In this document: piece by piece, positions 1 to 7,947 of the stretch | Layout of the letters: every line of letters begins with the position of its first letter | Position numbering within the stretch: the first letter of the stretch is position 1 | DNA from: a virus | Direction: 5' to 3' (one strand) | Virus record (IMG/VR): IMGVR_UViG_3300045988_122518 | DNA length: 46,683 bases | Made by a program: the position numbers and the translations under genes | The notes under the pieces: model-generated | What the model saw: the letters and a program-made list of their open reading frames with translations, nothing else | What the model was told of the DNA's origin: nothing | The model's database searches: none

Positions 1-97
1 GAAATTGAAAATTGATTTGTTGTTTTAAATCGTACTTTGAAATTGAAAATTGATTTGTTGTTTTAAATCGTACTTTGAAATTGAAAATTGATTTAGA
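1..97. repeat. Tandem direct repeat of a 38-bp unit (gaaattgaaaattgatttgttgttttaaatcgtacttt), 2.5 copies at the window edge
   Basis: Exact copies at 1-38 and 39-76, partial copy at 77-94. The array may continue left of the window. Confidence 0.9.
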
Positions 98-271
98 CTG
101 TGTTTTGTCCACGCAAAAGAAAAAACACAAATCAAAAAAAATTTTTTCCCGAAATACACCCCCCATCCATAAGGTTCTAACTCGTTTATTCTCTGAGAGT
201 ATACCAGCCTTACTCTCGCTCTTTTGCGGAACGCATGATGCCATCCCGCACAAACACCCCGGTAAACGTTG

Positions 272-310
272 CTCGGCTCGCTGGCGGTAGTGGCGAGCCG
301 AGTTTTATAA
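272..310 (+). terminator. Rho-independent terminator (ctcggctcgc...gcgagccgag + TTTTAT)
   Basis: 10-bp GC stem followed by a T-run. Confidence 0.6.
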
Positions 311-409
311 AAATCAGCAGTTTGCACAAATTTCTTGCCGAAACTTCGTCATAATGCACAATAGTCAAAATACCCGAAACTACGCCATCACATTTGTGCA
401 GAATGACTA

Positions 410-438
410 TTGACAATCCAGTAGCCATGTGCTATACT
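410..438 (+). promoter_or_regulatory. Early (sigma70/sigmaA-type) promoter: TTGACA 410-415, 17 bp, TATACT 433-438
   Basis: Consensus hexamers with exact 17-bp spacing, upstream of the RBS aaagaaagagg and the ATG at 470. Confidence 0.6.
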
Positions 439-469
439 TGTATCATCAAAAAGAAAGAGGTAAATCAAA

Positions 470-832
470 ATGAAAAACGTTTCCAAAATCATCACCATGG
501 CCATTGCCATCATTCTCTCCGTGTCTTTCTTCGGATTGCACGACCATACAACCGCGGAAGCCTGTGAGGAAGCCCCCCAGTCCTACGACCTCTCGGTCAT
601 TGAGAATTGGTGCGGTGCAGGCACGGAACGCGGAAGTATTCGTTTCGTCGGTGCAGAGGTCTACGCACGCGAGGGTGATACCCTGACGCTCATTGACGAG
701 CAGGGCAATCTGTGGGACGTGGAAGCACTCAACATTGATGACAACGACTTCTTGCTCTTGTGGATTAACGACAATGACACTGATACTGTGGAAGATGATA
801 CAATCATTAAGGTATGGAGAGAGGCTTATTAA
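470..832 (+). CDS. Small secreted protein (120 aa) with an N-terminal signal peptide
   Basis: RBS aagaaagagg 8 nt upstream. Hydrophobic N-terminus MKNVSKIITMAIAIILSVSFFG..AEA. Terminator hairpin follows at 815-850. Confidence 0.6.
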   Translation: MKNVSKIITMAIAIILSVSFFGLHDHTTAEACEEAPQSYDLSVIENWCGAGTERGSIRFVGAEVYAREGDTLTLIDEQGNLWDVEALNIDDNDFLLLWINDNDTDTVEDDTIIKVWREAY

Positions 833-862
833 GTCTCTCTCTTTCTTGCGGATCGGCGAAGA

Positions 863-880
863 TTGTTAAAAAATTAACAA
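863..880. promoter_or_regulatory. 18-bp perfect palindrome TTGTTAAAAAATTAACAA (operator-like), about 25 bp upstream of the -35 at 903
   Basis: Perfect dyad symmetry. An identical 27-nt block (cggcgNagattgttaaaaaattaacaa) recurs at 1278-1304, and a variant TTGTTAAAATTTTAACAA lies at 3941-3958. Confidence 0.55.
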
Positions 881-902
881 GCAGAGAAGAGTAAAAAAGG
901 TC

Positions 903-931
903 TTGACAAATGTGCGGTAATGTGCTACAAT
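903..931 (+). promoter_or_regulatory. Early promoter: TTGACA 903-908, 17 bp, TACAAT 926-931
   Basis: The -35 lies within ggtcTTGACAaat, identical to the promoter at 1324. Confidence 0.6.
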
Positions 932-961
932 GTAGATACAATAAGAAAGGGGAATACTCAA

Positions 962-1252
962 ATGACTAATCAGGATTTTTACAAGGCTCTCAAAGCAGAA
1001 AAGGAACGTTTAATGAACGAAAGCAAGCAGGCGTTCCGCGACTGTCAGGTTAAACGTGGTGAGATGTCGAGGGCATGGCACGAGGTAGACGCGCTCGAAG
1101 ATGCAGGTAAGTTTGGCACACAGGAACTCAACGACGCGTATGATGACTACGAGGAAGCCAGCCATGCAAGTATGTTGGCAGACAACTACCTCGATGACAT
1201 TGATGAAGCCATTGAAAAGATAAATGAATTGATAAGTCTTTACGCAGAATAA
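962..1252 (+). CDS. Small acidic ORFan protein (96 aa)
   Basis: The ATG at 962 is preceded by aagaaaggggaa. The six-frame ORF starting at 920 begins inside the promoter, so the start was moved to 962. Terminator gggagca..tgctccc lies at 1253-1280. Confidence 0.55.
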   Translation: MTNQDFYKALKAEKERLMNESKQAFRDCQVKRGEMSRAWHEVDALEDAGKFGTQELNDAYDDYEEASHASMLADNYLDDIDEAIEKINELISLYAE

Positions 1253-1286
1253 GGGAGCAGTAATGCTCCCTTTCCAACGGCGTAGA

Positions 1287-1304
1287 TTGTTAAAAAATTA
1301 ACAA
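1287..1304. promoter_or_regulatory. Second copy of the TTGTTAAAAAATTAACAA palindrome upstream of the promoter at 1324
   Basis: Exact repeat of 863-880, including 9 nt of flank. Confidence 0.55.
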
Positions 1305-1381
1305 AGATTTTCTCGAAAAGGTCTTGACAAATCAGTTAGAATGTGGTATTCTATAATCACAAAAGGAAAGGGGAATGAAAA

Positions 1382-1591
1382 ATGATTTACGGCATTGTTT
1401 ATTACACTAAGGGCGGTCAGGGCTATCTCTTCCAGCAGGCGTTCGAGGAACAGCGCGCTATGGAGATTGCAGGTAAGATGAATGACTTACTCGCAACAGG
1501 TGCTACAATGTATAATGACAAGTCCTATGGCAAGCTCGACTTGCGGAATGTCGAGTATTTCACAGTTGAACCCAGTAGCGAAATGTATTAA
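1382..1591 (+). CDS. Small ORFan protein (69 aa)
   Basis: RBS aaaggaaaggggaa. Terminator at 1593-1625. Confidence 0.55.
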   Translation: MIYGIVYYTKGGQGYLFQQAFEEQRAMEIAGKMNDLLATGATMYNDKSYGKLDLRNVEYFTVEPSSEMY

Positions 1592-1774
1592 GGGCGGGAG
1601 CGGGCTTCCCGCTCTTTCTCTTGCGCCGTAGTGCGCGTGCAGGGCGTCCCAGCCCGGACTTTACCACGGTAAAGCGTTAAAGCAAAATTTTTTCCATTTT
1701 TTGCCAAAAACCACTTGACATTCCTATCCCGAAATGCTATAATAGTATCATCAAAGGAAAGGGGAATACAACAA

Positions 1775-1993
1775 ATGACTATCGAACAGATTATGGAGAC
1801 TTACAGCAAGGGCTATGACGTGATGATTGATGATGGATTCAACACTTGGACTCCCAGCGGGAACGATGAATGGGACGCATTAGATGAGTTTGGGTGGACT
1901 TGCACGAACAAGGAAGTCAATGAAGCGGGCATTAAGGGCATCGAAGTCTTACCGGAGAAAATCGTATTTGTCAAAGTTGGAAAAGAACTGTAA
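1775..1993 (+). CDS. Small acidic ORFan protein (72 aa)
   Basis: Promoter acTTGACAttcctatcccgaaatgcTATAAT at about 1716-1745. RBS aaaggaaaggggaa. True start ATG 1775 rather than the track start at 1715. Confidence 0.55.
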   Translation: MTIEQIMETYSKGYDVMIDDGFNTWTPSGNDEWDALDEFGWTCTNKEVNEAGIKGIEVLPEKIVFVKVGKEL

Positions 1994-2073
1994 AAAAAAT
2001 AAAAAAGGGACTTGACAAAAGCCCCTTTGTTTGGTATAATGAATACATCAAAAGAAAGAAAGAGGTAAATCAA

Positions 2074-2196
2074 ATGTCTACTCATGATGGTCTTGTTCTT
2101 CTCGCTATCTATGTTGGTGTTATCGGCGCGGGTGCGCTCATCGAATACGTGGAGCACCGCGTAAAGAGAGCGATTCGCCATAGAAAGAGAAGTTGA
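2074..2196 (+). CDS. 40-aa membrane mini-protein
   Basis: Promoter gggacTTGACAaaagcccctttgtttggTATAAT. RBS agaaagaggtaaa. The hydrophobic stretch is LVLLAIYVGVIGAGALI. A terminator overlaps the stop (gagaagttgaaaaacttctc + T9). Confidence 0.35.
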   Translation: MSTHDGLVLLAIYVGVIGAGALIEYVEHRVKRAIRHRKRS

Positions 2197-2304
2197 AAAA
2201 CTTCTCTTTTTTTTTGAAAAAAACACTTGACATTCTTTGCGGTCTGTGGTATTATAATATCAGAAAGGGAAAGGAAAATCCCAAACACCAGAAAGGTTAA
2301 TTCA

Positions 2305-2466
2305 ATGATTACTATCAAGACTCTTCTCGACGGCGTTCTTCCTGTCAAGCCCCTGGCCTATGTCCTCGGCGATGACTGGACGTATCTTTACTCCGACACC
2401 TATAAGGGTGTGGAGTTCGATGTCCACGCCTGCATGAATGGCGAGGTCGTCGCGGTGTTAAATTAA
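2305..2466 (+). CDS. Small ORFan protein (53 aa)
   Basis: Promoter acTTGACAttctttgcggtctgtggTATTATAAT. The ATG at 2305 follows a purine-rich leader. Terminator ttaagggctgaaaagcccttaa + T8 lies at 2460-2490. Confidence 0.5.
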   Translation: MITIKTLLDGVLPVKPLAYVLGDDWTYLYSDTYKGVEFDVHACMNGEVVAVLN

Positions 2467-2564
2467 GGGCTGAAAAGCCCTTAATTTTTTTTCCAAAAAG
2501 CCCTTGACAAATCCAGAAGCAGATGCTATAATAAAAGCACAATAAAGGAAAGGGAAATGCTAAC

Positions 2565-2927
2565 ATGATGAACTTTGAAGTTTATAGTCTTTTGAGAAAA
2601 TGCCTTGATGATGGCACTTTCACCGGAATGGACGTGTTTCAGGCGGAACGGGCTTGCCAGAAATTCGAGGAAGCCCAGGAAGCGCGGAAACTGAAACAGG
2701 AAATCCGCAACACCATGATGAAAAACATGATGCTCGATGTTCTCTCAAAGGCGGAAAAGCCCCTGTGCCCTACGGAAATCCAGTTTATTCTTTACCGTGA
2801 GACAGGCAAAGAATATCCTTGCGCCACCGTTGCATGGTATTGCGGTCATCTTTGTTGGATTGACAAAAAGTTGACCTACACCAAAAAGGGAAGCCGAACC
2901 TACTATTCCATTAGAAAAGAAAATTGA
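2565..2927 (+). CDS. ORFan protein (120 aa)
   Basis: Promoter ccTTGACAaatccagaagcagatgcTATAAT. RBS aaaggaaaggg. Confidence 0.55.
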   Translation: MMNFEVYSLLRKCLDDGTFTGMDVFQAERACQKFEEAQEARKLKQEIRNTMMKNMMLDVLSKAEKPLCPTEIQFILYRETGKEYPCATVAWYCGHLCWIDKKLTYTKKGSRTYYSIRKEN

Positions 2928-2937
2928 AAAAAATAAG

Positions 2938-2968
2938 AAAAAGGGCTTGACAAAAAGCCCTTTTTCTA
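2938..2968 (+). terminator. Terminator hairpin aaagggcTTGACAaaaagcccttttt whose loop carries the -35 of the next promoter
   Basis: Stem aagggc/gccctt with loop ttgacaaaa, followed by a T-run. TACTATACT -10 lies 17 bp downstream. Confidence 0.55.
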
Positions 2969-3007
2969 CTATACTTAATGTATCAAAGGAAAAGGGAATA
3001 AAAAAAA

Positions 3008-3124
3008 ATGAAATTTACTGAGGAACAAATTAAAGCTATTTTAGAATGTATCGGCAATACGAACATTGAATTATTCAGAAGCGAATGGGAAGAAATTGAA
3101 GAGAGTTTGAGAAAGGGGAATTAA
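3008..3124 (+). CDS. 38-aa mini-protein
   Basis: RBS aaggaaaagggaa. Below the ORF-track length threshold. Confidence 0.35.
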   Translation: MKFTEEQIKAILECIGNTNIELFRSEWEEIEESLRKGN

Positions 3125-3125
3125 A

Positions 3126-3197
3126 ATGAAATGTCCTTATTGCGATGGAAAGTGCGGAACGCACGCTCAATGCATTAAATGTAAAAAGGGGAAATAA
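3126..3197 (+). CDS. 23-aa CxxC zinc-ribbon-like peptide (MKCPYCDGKCGTHAQCIKCKKGK)
   Basis: RBS agaaaggggaa. Starts immediately after the stop of the upstream mini-ORF. Confidence 0.25.
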   Translation: MKCPYCDGKCGTHAQCIKCKKGK

Positions 3198-3199
3198 AA

Positions 3200-3556
3200 A
3201 TGGGAATGGAATTTTTAATCGTTGGCGGAATTTTTAGCGCAGTCCTTGCGCTGTTTGTTTGCCTTGTCTGTTGGTGCAACATGGACAAGTCTCACCCAAT
3301 AGTCAGACTGTTGGTTGGTCTTCTCATTTCGTGCGCTCTTGGCTACGGTATGACGGGCGCAGTAGTCGCTGACCACAATGCCGACAAAAAAGCATGGAAT
3401 GACGGCTATTGCTCCATCTGTGGAAATGAAATGAAATTTGTAAATGCTTCTCATGGCCGGTATGGAACAGTTTATTACTATTGGTATTGCGATGAGTGCG
3501 GACATACGTTAGAGCTAACCTCTAACTTTGCAAAGGGGGAAACAAATAATGAATGA
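3200..3556 (+). CDS. Membrane protein (two TM helices) with a C-terminal CxxC..CxxC zinc ribbon (118 aa)
   Basis: RBS aaaaaggggaaataaaaATG. Hydrophobic N-terminus. Motifs CSICGN and CDECGH. Confidence 0.55.
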   Translation: MGMEFLIVGGIFSAVLALFVCLVCWCNMDKSHPIVRLLVGLLISCALGYGMTGAVVADHNADKKAWNDGYCSICGNEMKFVNASHGRYGTVYYYWYCDECGHTLELTSNFAKGETNNE

Positions 3557-3755
3557 AAAACCTATCCCGCAGGCTTTGAGAGAACAGGCAGACGCCCTTG
3601 AAAAATTGGCTCAAAGAATTGCAAAAGAAAGTCAGAAATTTTCAGACGCGGAAGACTACAAAGACGGCGGAGAACTTGCGAACGCCTTGTTTGCGATTCA
3701 GTCCAAACTCCGCTATGAATACTTCTGGATTGCGGAAGCCATGTGGGACGTATAA
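3549..3755 (+). CDS. Small helical ORFan protein (68 aa)
   Basis: RBS aaagggggaaacaaataATG. Overlaps the upstream stop. Terminator at 3757-3798. Confidence 0.5.
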   Translation: MNEKPIPQALREQADALEKLAQRIAKESQKFSDAEDYKDGGELANALFAIQSKLRYEYFWIAEAMWDV

Positions 3756-3799
3756 TTTTCAGGCGAGATTTAATTATCTCGCCTGAAAATTTTTTTCAA

Positions 3800-4158
3800 A
3801 AAACTATTGACAAACTCGCCCCGTTGTGGTATTATAATCATGTCAAGAGGAAATGGTAAGCCTCTTGAAGTAGTAAACAAATTTTTCATACTATGGTTTG
3901 CGCGGTAGCCGATAATTACCGCGCCCTTTCTATTTCATTTTTGTTAAAATTTTAACAATGGTTGTTCGGCCGGGCGCGCACGGCCCACGCGCCCGGAATT
4001 TCCATTATATCACGGGGCCAGCAATTTGTCAAGCAAAAAGTTGCGAAAATTTGCACAAATTATTTTTCCCAATTTTGTGCGATCCGTCAATAGACAAATC
4101 TCTAAGGGTGTGTTATATTATAATTGTTCCAAGGGAACAGAAAGATGAGGTAAATAAA
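3800..4158. repeat. Intergenic module copy A: P1, palindrome, GC hairpin 3968-3998, minus-strand promoter, TTTGCGAAAA box, P2
   Basis: Shares the GC hairpin, aatttccattatatcac, caatttgtcaag and aatagacaa blocks with copies at 5908, 7948, 10368, 12913 and 15004. Confidence 0.7.
4004..4032 (-). promoter_or_regulatory. Minus-strand promoter inside module A (TTGACA = rc of 4027-4032; TATAAT = rc of 4004-4009; 17-bp spacer)
   Basis: Perfect consensus hexamers on the minus strand. Transcription would run leftward through the GC hairpin. Confidence 0.5.
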
Positions 4159-4365
4159 ATGACTAACTACAACATTCACTCTTTTATCAAGACCCAGCTT
4201 CTCTATGCCGAGCAGATGCCCTCTGACGCCGAACTTTTCAAGCATAACGCTTATGGCGCAGTTCAGTGGGAGTTATATCGCACGAATGACTCGACTCTTG
4301 AAACACAGTGGGAAATCATATATGCTCCCAAGTTCGACGCCATCATCAGAAATTATCATTTCTGA
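4159..4365 (+). CDS. Small ORFan protein (68 aa)
   Basis: RBS agatgaggtaaataaaATG. The six-frame ORF starting at 3958 runs through the non-coding module, so the start was placed at 4159. Confidence 0.5.
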   Translation: MTNYNIHSFIKTQLLYAEQMPSDAELFKHNAYGAVQWELYRTNDSTLETQWEIIYAPKFDAIIRNYHF

Positions 4366-4433
4366 TAAAAAGGGCTTGACAAAAGCCCTTCCGCATGGTA
4401 TAATACATATACAATCAAGAAAGAGGTAAGTAA

Positions 4434-4584
4434 AATGGATATGGTTCGAGTTTACAACAGACACACTAACGAAGTCCTTGAAAAGGTCTTTGCAGACCCC
4501 GCAGACGCAGACGACTTTGAAACTATTCTCGACTTCCTTGAAGCGGAATATGAGCGCTACCACGATGGGGAACAATTATATTAA
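4434..4584 (+). pseudogene. Small acidic protein gene interrupted by a +1 frameshift at the C4G2 run near 4497-4501
   Basis: Perfect promoter (aagggcTTGACAaaagccc..tggTATAAT) and RBS. The start frame ends at TGA 4518 after 28 codons. The +1 frame then continues as ADADDFETILDFLEAEYERYHDGEQLY to TAA 4582. Confidence 0.35.
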
Positions 4585-4656
4585 AGGGGCTTGACAAGTC
4601 CCTCCCCATATGGTATAATACAATCAATCCAAGAGGAAAAGAAAGAGGTAAAACAA

Positions 4657-4995
4657 ATGCTTATCAAAATGTCAAAACACGCTACGCAAGACCGCATTGA
4701 CCGCCTGCTCTTCATCTACGATAATGTAGGAATCGGCGAACCGTATATCGACAGCATTGAGGACGATGTTCTCTACACTATCACTACAACCGGTATTCTT
4801 CTTATTCGTAGCGCTAAGGACGGCACACTCATTACCGCCTATATCGCGGATATTGATAAAATCACCGCGATTTGGAGAAACAAGCACGGCGAGCGCCCCA
4901 TGCCTGACAACCTTTACAAGCGTGTCCTCGCAAATGCGTTCTTCGATAGAATGTGGAATAAACAGGAAAAGGAGAAAAAGAAAAATGTTCGGTAA
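4657..4995 (+). CDS. ORFan protein (112 aa)
   Basis: Promoter gggcTTGACAagtccctccccatatggTATAAT. RBS agaaagaggtaaaacaaATG. Confidence 0.55.
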   Translation: MLIKMSKHATQDRIDRLLFIYDNVGIGEPYIDSIEDDVLYTITTTGILLIRSAKDGTLITAYIADIDKITAIWRNKHGERPMPDNLYKRVLANAFFDRMWNKQEKEKKKNVR

Positions 4996-5341
4996 GAAAA
5001 AAGAAAAGAAATTCAATCCCTATGAGAATCACACAGACGAAATGCTTTATAAGGTTTGGGAAGAGCGCGACCGCCTTTATGAAAAGACAAGGCAAGCCAT
5101 TACGCGCGTAGGAGTGATTAACCTTTATCCTGACTGCCCTGACCGCAAGAAAGCAGTCTCCGACGCCGAAGAAGCGAAACACGCTTTAATTGTGGCTATT
5201 GGAGCATACGACACCGCGCGCATGGAGTATAATAACTACATCAAAAAGTATGCGGAAAAGTTCAATAGTCCCAAAGAGGAATGGACTACCACAAGCCATG
5301 AAATCATTGAATGGGCTTACAAATACTATTATAAAGGGTGA
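4985..5341 (+). CDS. Basic/helical ORFan protein (118 aa)
   Basis: RBS aaaaggagaaaaag. Overlaps the upstream gene by 11 nt. Confidence 0.5.
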   Translation: MFGKKKEKKFNPYENHTDEMLYKVWEERDRLYEKTRQAITRVGVINLYPDCPDRKKAVSDAEEAKHALIVAIGAYDTARMEYNNYIKKYAEKFNSPKEEWTTTSHEIIEWAYKYYYKG

Positions 5342-5346
5342 ACGAA

Positions 5347-5586
5347 ATGAAAATTACTGTTAAGCATAGCAACAAAATGGTTGCATTTGAAGACCTCCCC
5401 GAGGGTATGATTTTTCAAGACCCTGCTTCTGGAAACGTCTATTACATCAAAATCGCGACTGTGGTTGATGAAGATACCGGTGCAGAAGAATGGAACGCTC
5501 TCAATTTAGACACTTACAATCTCGACTGCTTTGGCGCGCCCTGCATGGTTCGGCCTGTCTATGACGCGGAACTGATTATCCCTTGA
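5347..5586 (+). CDS. Small ORFan protein (79 aa)
   Basis: RBS aaagggtgaacgaaATG. Translationally coupled to the upstream gene. Confidence 0.5.
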   Translation: MKITVKHSNKMVAFEDLPEGMIFQDPASGNVYYIKIATVVDEDTGAEEWNALNLDTYNLDCFGAPCMVRPVYDAELIIP

Positions 5587-5697
5587 CAAAACCGAACTTT
5601 TGTTCGTGTTTTTCTCCCCCTTTCCTATGGCTTTGGCGGTTGTGCCTGAAACAACCGCCACCCTTTCCAAAAAATAAATTGAATGGAGATAAGAAAA

Positions 5698-5874
5698 ATG
5701 AAGAATGAGAAACTGAGCGAGGTTGTTGAAACGGTGTGCAGAATGGCTCGATACGGCATTCAGAAGAGATACCCGTCGGGCGGAACAGCAGCAAATGAAA
5801 TGATTGAGCGTGTCGCGCTTCTTGAAGACAAGCTCGTTCCCATTCTCGTCGACCTCGAAGCCGTAGAAAACTAA
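5698..5874 (+). CDS. Small ORFan protein (58 aa)
   Basis: RBS ggagataagaaaaATG. A 9-bp GC hairpin lies upstream at 5636-5660. Terminator at 5880-5908. Confidence 0.45.
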   Translation: MKNEKLSEVVETVCRMARYGIQKRYPSGGTAANEMIERVALLEDKLVPILVDLEAVEN

Positions 5875-5907
5875 ATGAAAAATCACCCAAATTGGGTGAT
5901 TTTTTTT

Positions 5908-6100
5908 GTTTACTTTCACTATTGACAAAGTTCCTTGAATGTGATAAAATCGTCGGCGCGCGGACGATTGTGGCGCGCCGAGTTTTTTGTCAAGAGGTAA
6001 GTTCAACAAATTTTCGCACGAATTTTTGTGTAAAATGCCAATAGACAAAAATCCTATAATGTAGTAAGATGTATACAACAAATAAAGGGGGAATAAAATA
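5908..6100. repeat. Intergenic module copy B (P1 TTGACA 5922-5927 / TAAAAT 5945-5950; GC hairpin 5953-5980; TTTCGCACGAA box; P2)
   Basis: Same architecture as the other copies but lacks the minus-strand -10 element. Confidence 0.65.
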
Positions 6101-6445
6101 ATGGTGGCATGGTATTGGTTGATTCTCGCGTTTTGTGTGGGTATTGCATTCGCTACAATCACCGACGAATGGTGCGAATGGGAAAACACCTTGACTGATG
6201 TTCTCGCATGGATTGCTCTGATTATCGGCTTTGTTCCTTTGTCTTTCTATTGCATATTTCTCAAACTGACAGTTTTCCACCCCACTACGCAAGAGAAGTT
6301 TGAGGAAGTCAAAAAGGTTAGCGAAGAAACTTGTAAAATCTATCGAGTATGCGGAAACGTGTATTTCTGGATTGACCCCAAAGCAACAAAAATCTATAAC
6401 AAGGTCTTTTTTGTCCGAGTAAAGGAGGCTGAAAACAATGGGTGA
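6101..6445 (+). CDS. Membrane protein (114 aa, 2-3 TM helices)
   Basis: RBS aaagggggaataaaataATG. Hydrophobic N-terminal half. Confidence 0.55.
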   Translation: MVAWYWLILAFCVGIAFATITDEWCEWENTLTDVLAWIALIIGFVPLSFYCIFLKLTVFHPTTQEKFEEVKKVSEETCKIYRVCGNVYFWIDPKATKIYNKVFFVRVKEAENNG

Positions 6446-6596
6446 AAGATTTAATGTTTTATGTTTAATTGAGTGGTTGCGTGCTTGGGTAGAGACCTTT
6501 AACGACTGCGCGTGTTGTCCTTTGTCCAACGAGTGCGACCGCAGAAGCATCAGCTATGAATGTGCTGATGACCTATTAGAAAAATTAAAAGAGTAA
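6438..6596 (+). CDS. Cys-rich mini-protein (52 aa)
   Basis: RBS aaaggaggctgaaaacaATG. Its start overlaps the upstream stop by 8 nt. Confidence 0.4.
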   Translation: MGERFNVLCLIEWLRAWVETFNDCACCPLSNECDRRSISYECADDLLEKLKE

Positions 6597-6669
6597 ATTA
6601 AAAACTCTCTATTGACATTTCTATTATAATATGATATTATTATAATAGAAAAAGGAAAGGGTGATAATA

Positions 6670-7143
6670 ATGAATACAATTCTTCTGTTCGCGCTTTGCA
6701 CGGCGGTGAATGTGATTCTGTCAACTATCAAAAGCATTTTGACTGTCAACGGCGGGAAGTTTAGTGCTTCTCTTATCAATGCCATCACATATGGATTTTA
6801 TTCCTATGTGATTGTGCTGACTTCCGCGGACGGTATGCCTATCTGGTTGAAAATGGCTATTACTGCTGTTTGTAATTTCGTGGGCGTCTACTTTGTTAAG
6901 TGGATTGAAGAGAAAGCCCGCAAAGACCGATTATGGAAAGTCGAACTGACTGTCCCGACAAAATACACTAACACCATTGATTTTGATTTGCATGACGTTC
7001 CGCACTCTTACATTGAATTGAGCGATAAACATACGCTTTTCAATTTTTATTGTGCGACCCAAAAGGAAAGCGCAAAAGTCAAGGCTATTGCCAATCAATA
7101 CGAAGCAAAATATTTTGTCGCGGAAAGCAAAAATCTTGAATAA
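6670..7143 (+). CDS. Membrane-anchored ORFan protein (157 aa)
   Basis: Promoter ctaTTGACAtttctattataatatgaTATTAT. RBS aaaggaaagggtgataataATG. Confidence 0.55.
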   Translation: MNTILLFALCTAVNVILSTIKSILTVNGGKFSASLINAITYGFYSYVIVLTSADGMPIWLKMAITAVCNFVGVYFVKWIEEKARKDRLWKVELTVPTKYTNTIDFDLHDVPHSYIELSDKHTLFNFYCATQKESAKVKAIANQYEAKYFVAESKNLE

Positions 7144-7207
7144 AGGGCTTGACAAAAGCCTTTTGTTCTGCTATACTTAACGTATCAAGTGAAAGGGGAA
7201 AATTAAA

Positions 7208-7660
7208 ATGAAAGCTACTGGTATTGTTCGCAGAATTGATGACCTTGGACGTGTGGTTATCCCGAAAGAGATTCGCCGGACTTTGAAGATTCGAGAGGGC
7301 GACCCGCTTGAAATCTTCATTGAAGACAACGACTGCGTTTGCTTCAAGAGATATTCAGTGCTTGGCTCTTTGACCGAAGAAGCTCTGCGAGTTGCTATCA
7401 CAATGGCGTCAAATTCCGGCCTGCGTCCCATCGCAATCTATGACACTACCGTGAAACTGCGGGGCATGGAAAACTTTCCGCCTTATGTTTCGACCCAGTG
7501 GGATTTTAAAAGAAAGCCGTTTGTTTTCAATAACACTTATGGCGTTTACCCGATTTGTGCGGACGGCGACCTTGTGGGTTATGCGGTTTGCGACCAGCAG
7601 GACATGGGTTGCGAAATGGACATGATTGTCCGCTACCTCAGCATTGTGTCTGAACGCTAA
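7208..7660 (+). CDS. AbrB/SpoVT-family swapped-hairpin DNA-binding regulator (150 aa)
   Basis: N-terminus MKATGIVRRIDDLGRVVIPKEIRRTLKIREGDPLEIF matches the AbrB/MazE/SpoVT N-domain signature (..GIVRKVDELGRVVIP.E.RR.L.I...D.LEI). This comparison is from memory, not a database search. Confidence 0.6.
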   Translation: MKATGIVRRIDDLGRVVIPKEIRRTLKIREGDPLEIFIEDNDCVCFKRYSVLGSLTEEALRVAITMASNSGLRPIAIYDTTVKLRGMENFPPYVSTQWDFKRKPFVFNNTYGVYPICADGDLVGYAVCDQQDMGCEMDMIVRYLSIVSER

Positions 7661-7736
7661 AAAAATAGCATAAGGGACTTGACAAAACAAGTCCCTTATG
7701 CTACAATAAAAGCATCAAAGGAAAGAGGTAAATAAA

Positions 7737-7916
7737 ATGGAAATTGAAAAGACATTCTGGGTTGATTACAGCGGTAAAAATCCTTGGGACCAGTATTATG
7801 ATAATCGGGTTCGTTTTTACTCCGAAGAAGAAGCTGATGCTTTTATCCAAAAGTTGATGGAAGATGAAAATATCTATCAGATTTTCAAAACCATTACTAC
7901 CAGCTATCACAGATAA
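7737..7916 (+). CDS. Small ORFan protein (59 aa)
   Basis: Promoter gggacTTGACAaaacaagtcccttatgcTACAAT, with the -35 in a hairpin loop. RBS aaaggaaagaggtaaataaaATG. Terminator at 7917-7948. Confidence 0.5.
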   Translation: MEIEKTFWVDYSGKNPWDQYYDNRVRFYSEEEADAFIQKLMEDENIYQIFKTITTSYHR

Positions 7917-7947
7917 AATTTGAGGTGAAAATTCACCTCATTTTTTT

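Noticed and set aside
1-97. CRISPR array?
   Set aside because: The repeats are contiguous with no spacers, so this is a simple tandem repeat. No CRISPR-like repeat-spacer structure exists anywhere in the window.
920-2466. ORF-track starts at 920, 1715 and 2227 (and similar at 3958, 4591, 9677, 15395, 25180)
   Set aside because: These upstream ATG/TTG codons lie inside the promoter hexamers. Downstream ATGs with canonical RBS spacing were used instead.
5506-6189. 227-aa minus-strand ORF (and 5990-6550 minus, 11591-12163 minus, 13133-13405 minus)
   Set aside because: They run through plus-strand promoters, terminator hairpins and module B. There are no start signals, so they are shadow ORFs.
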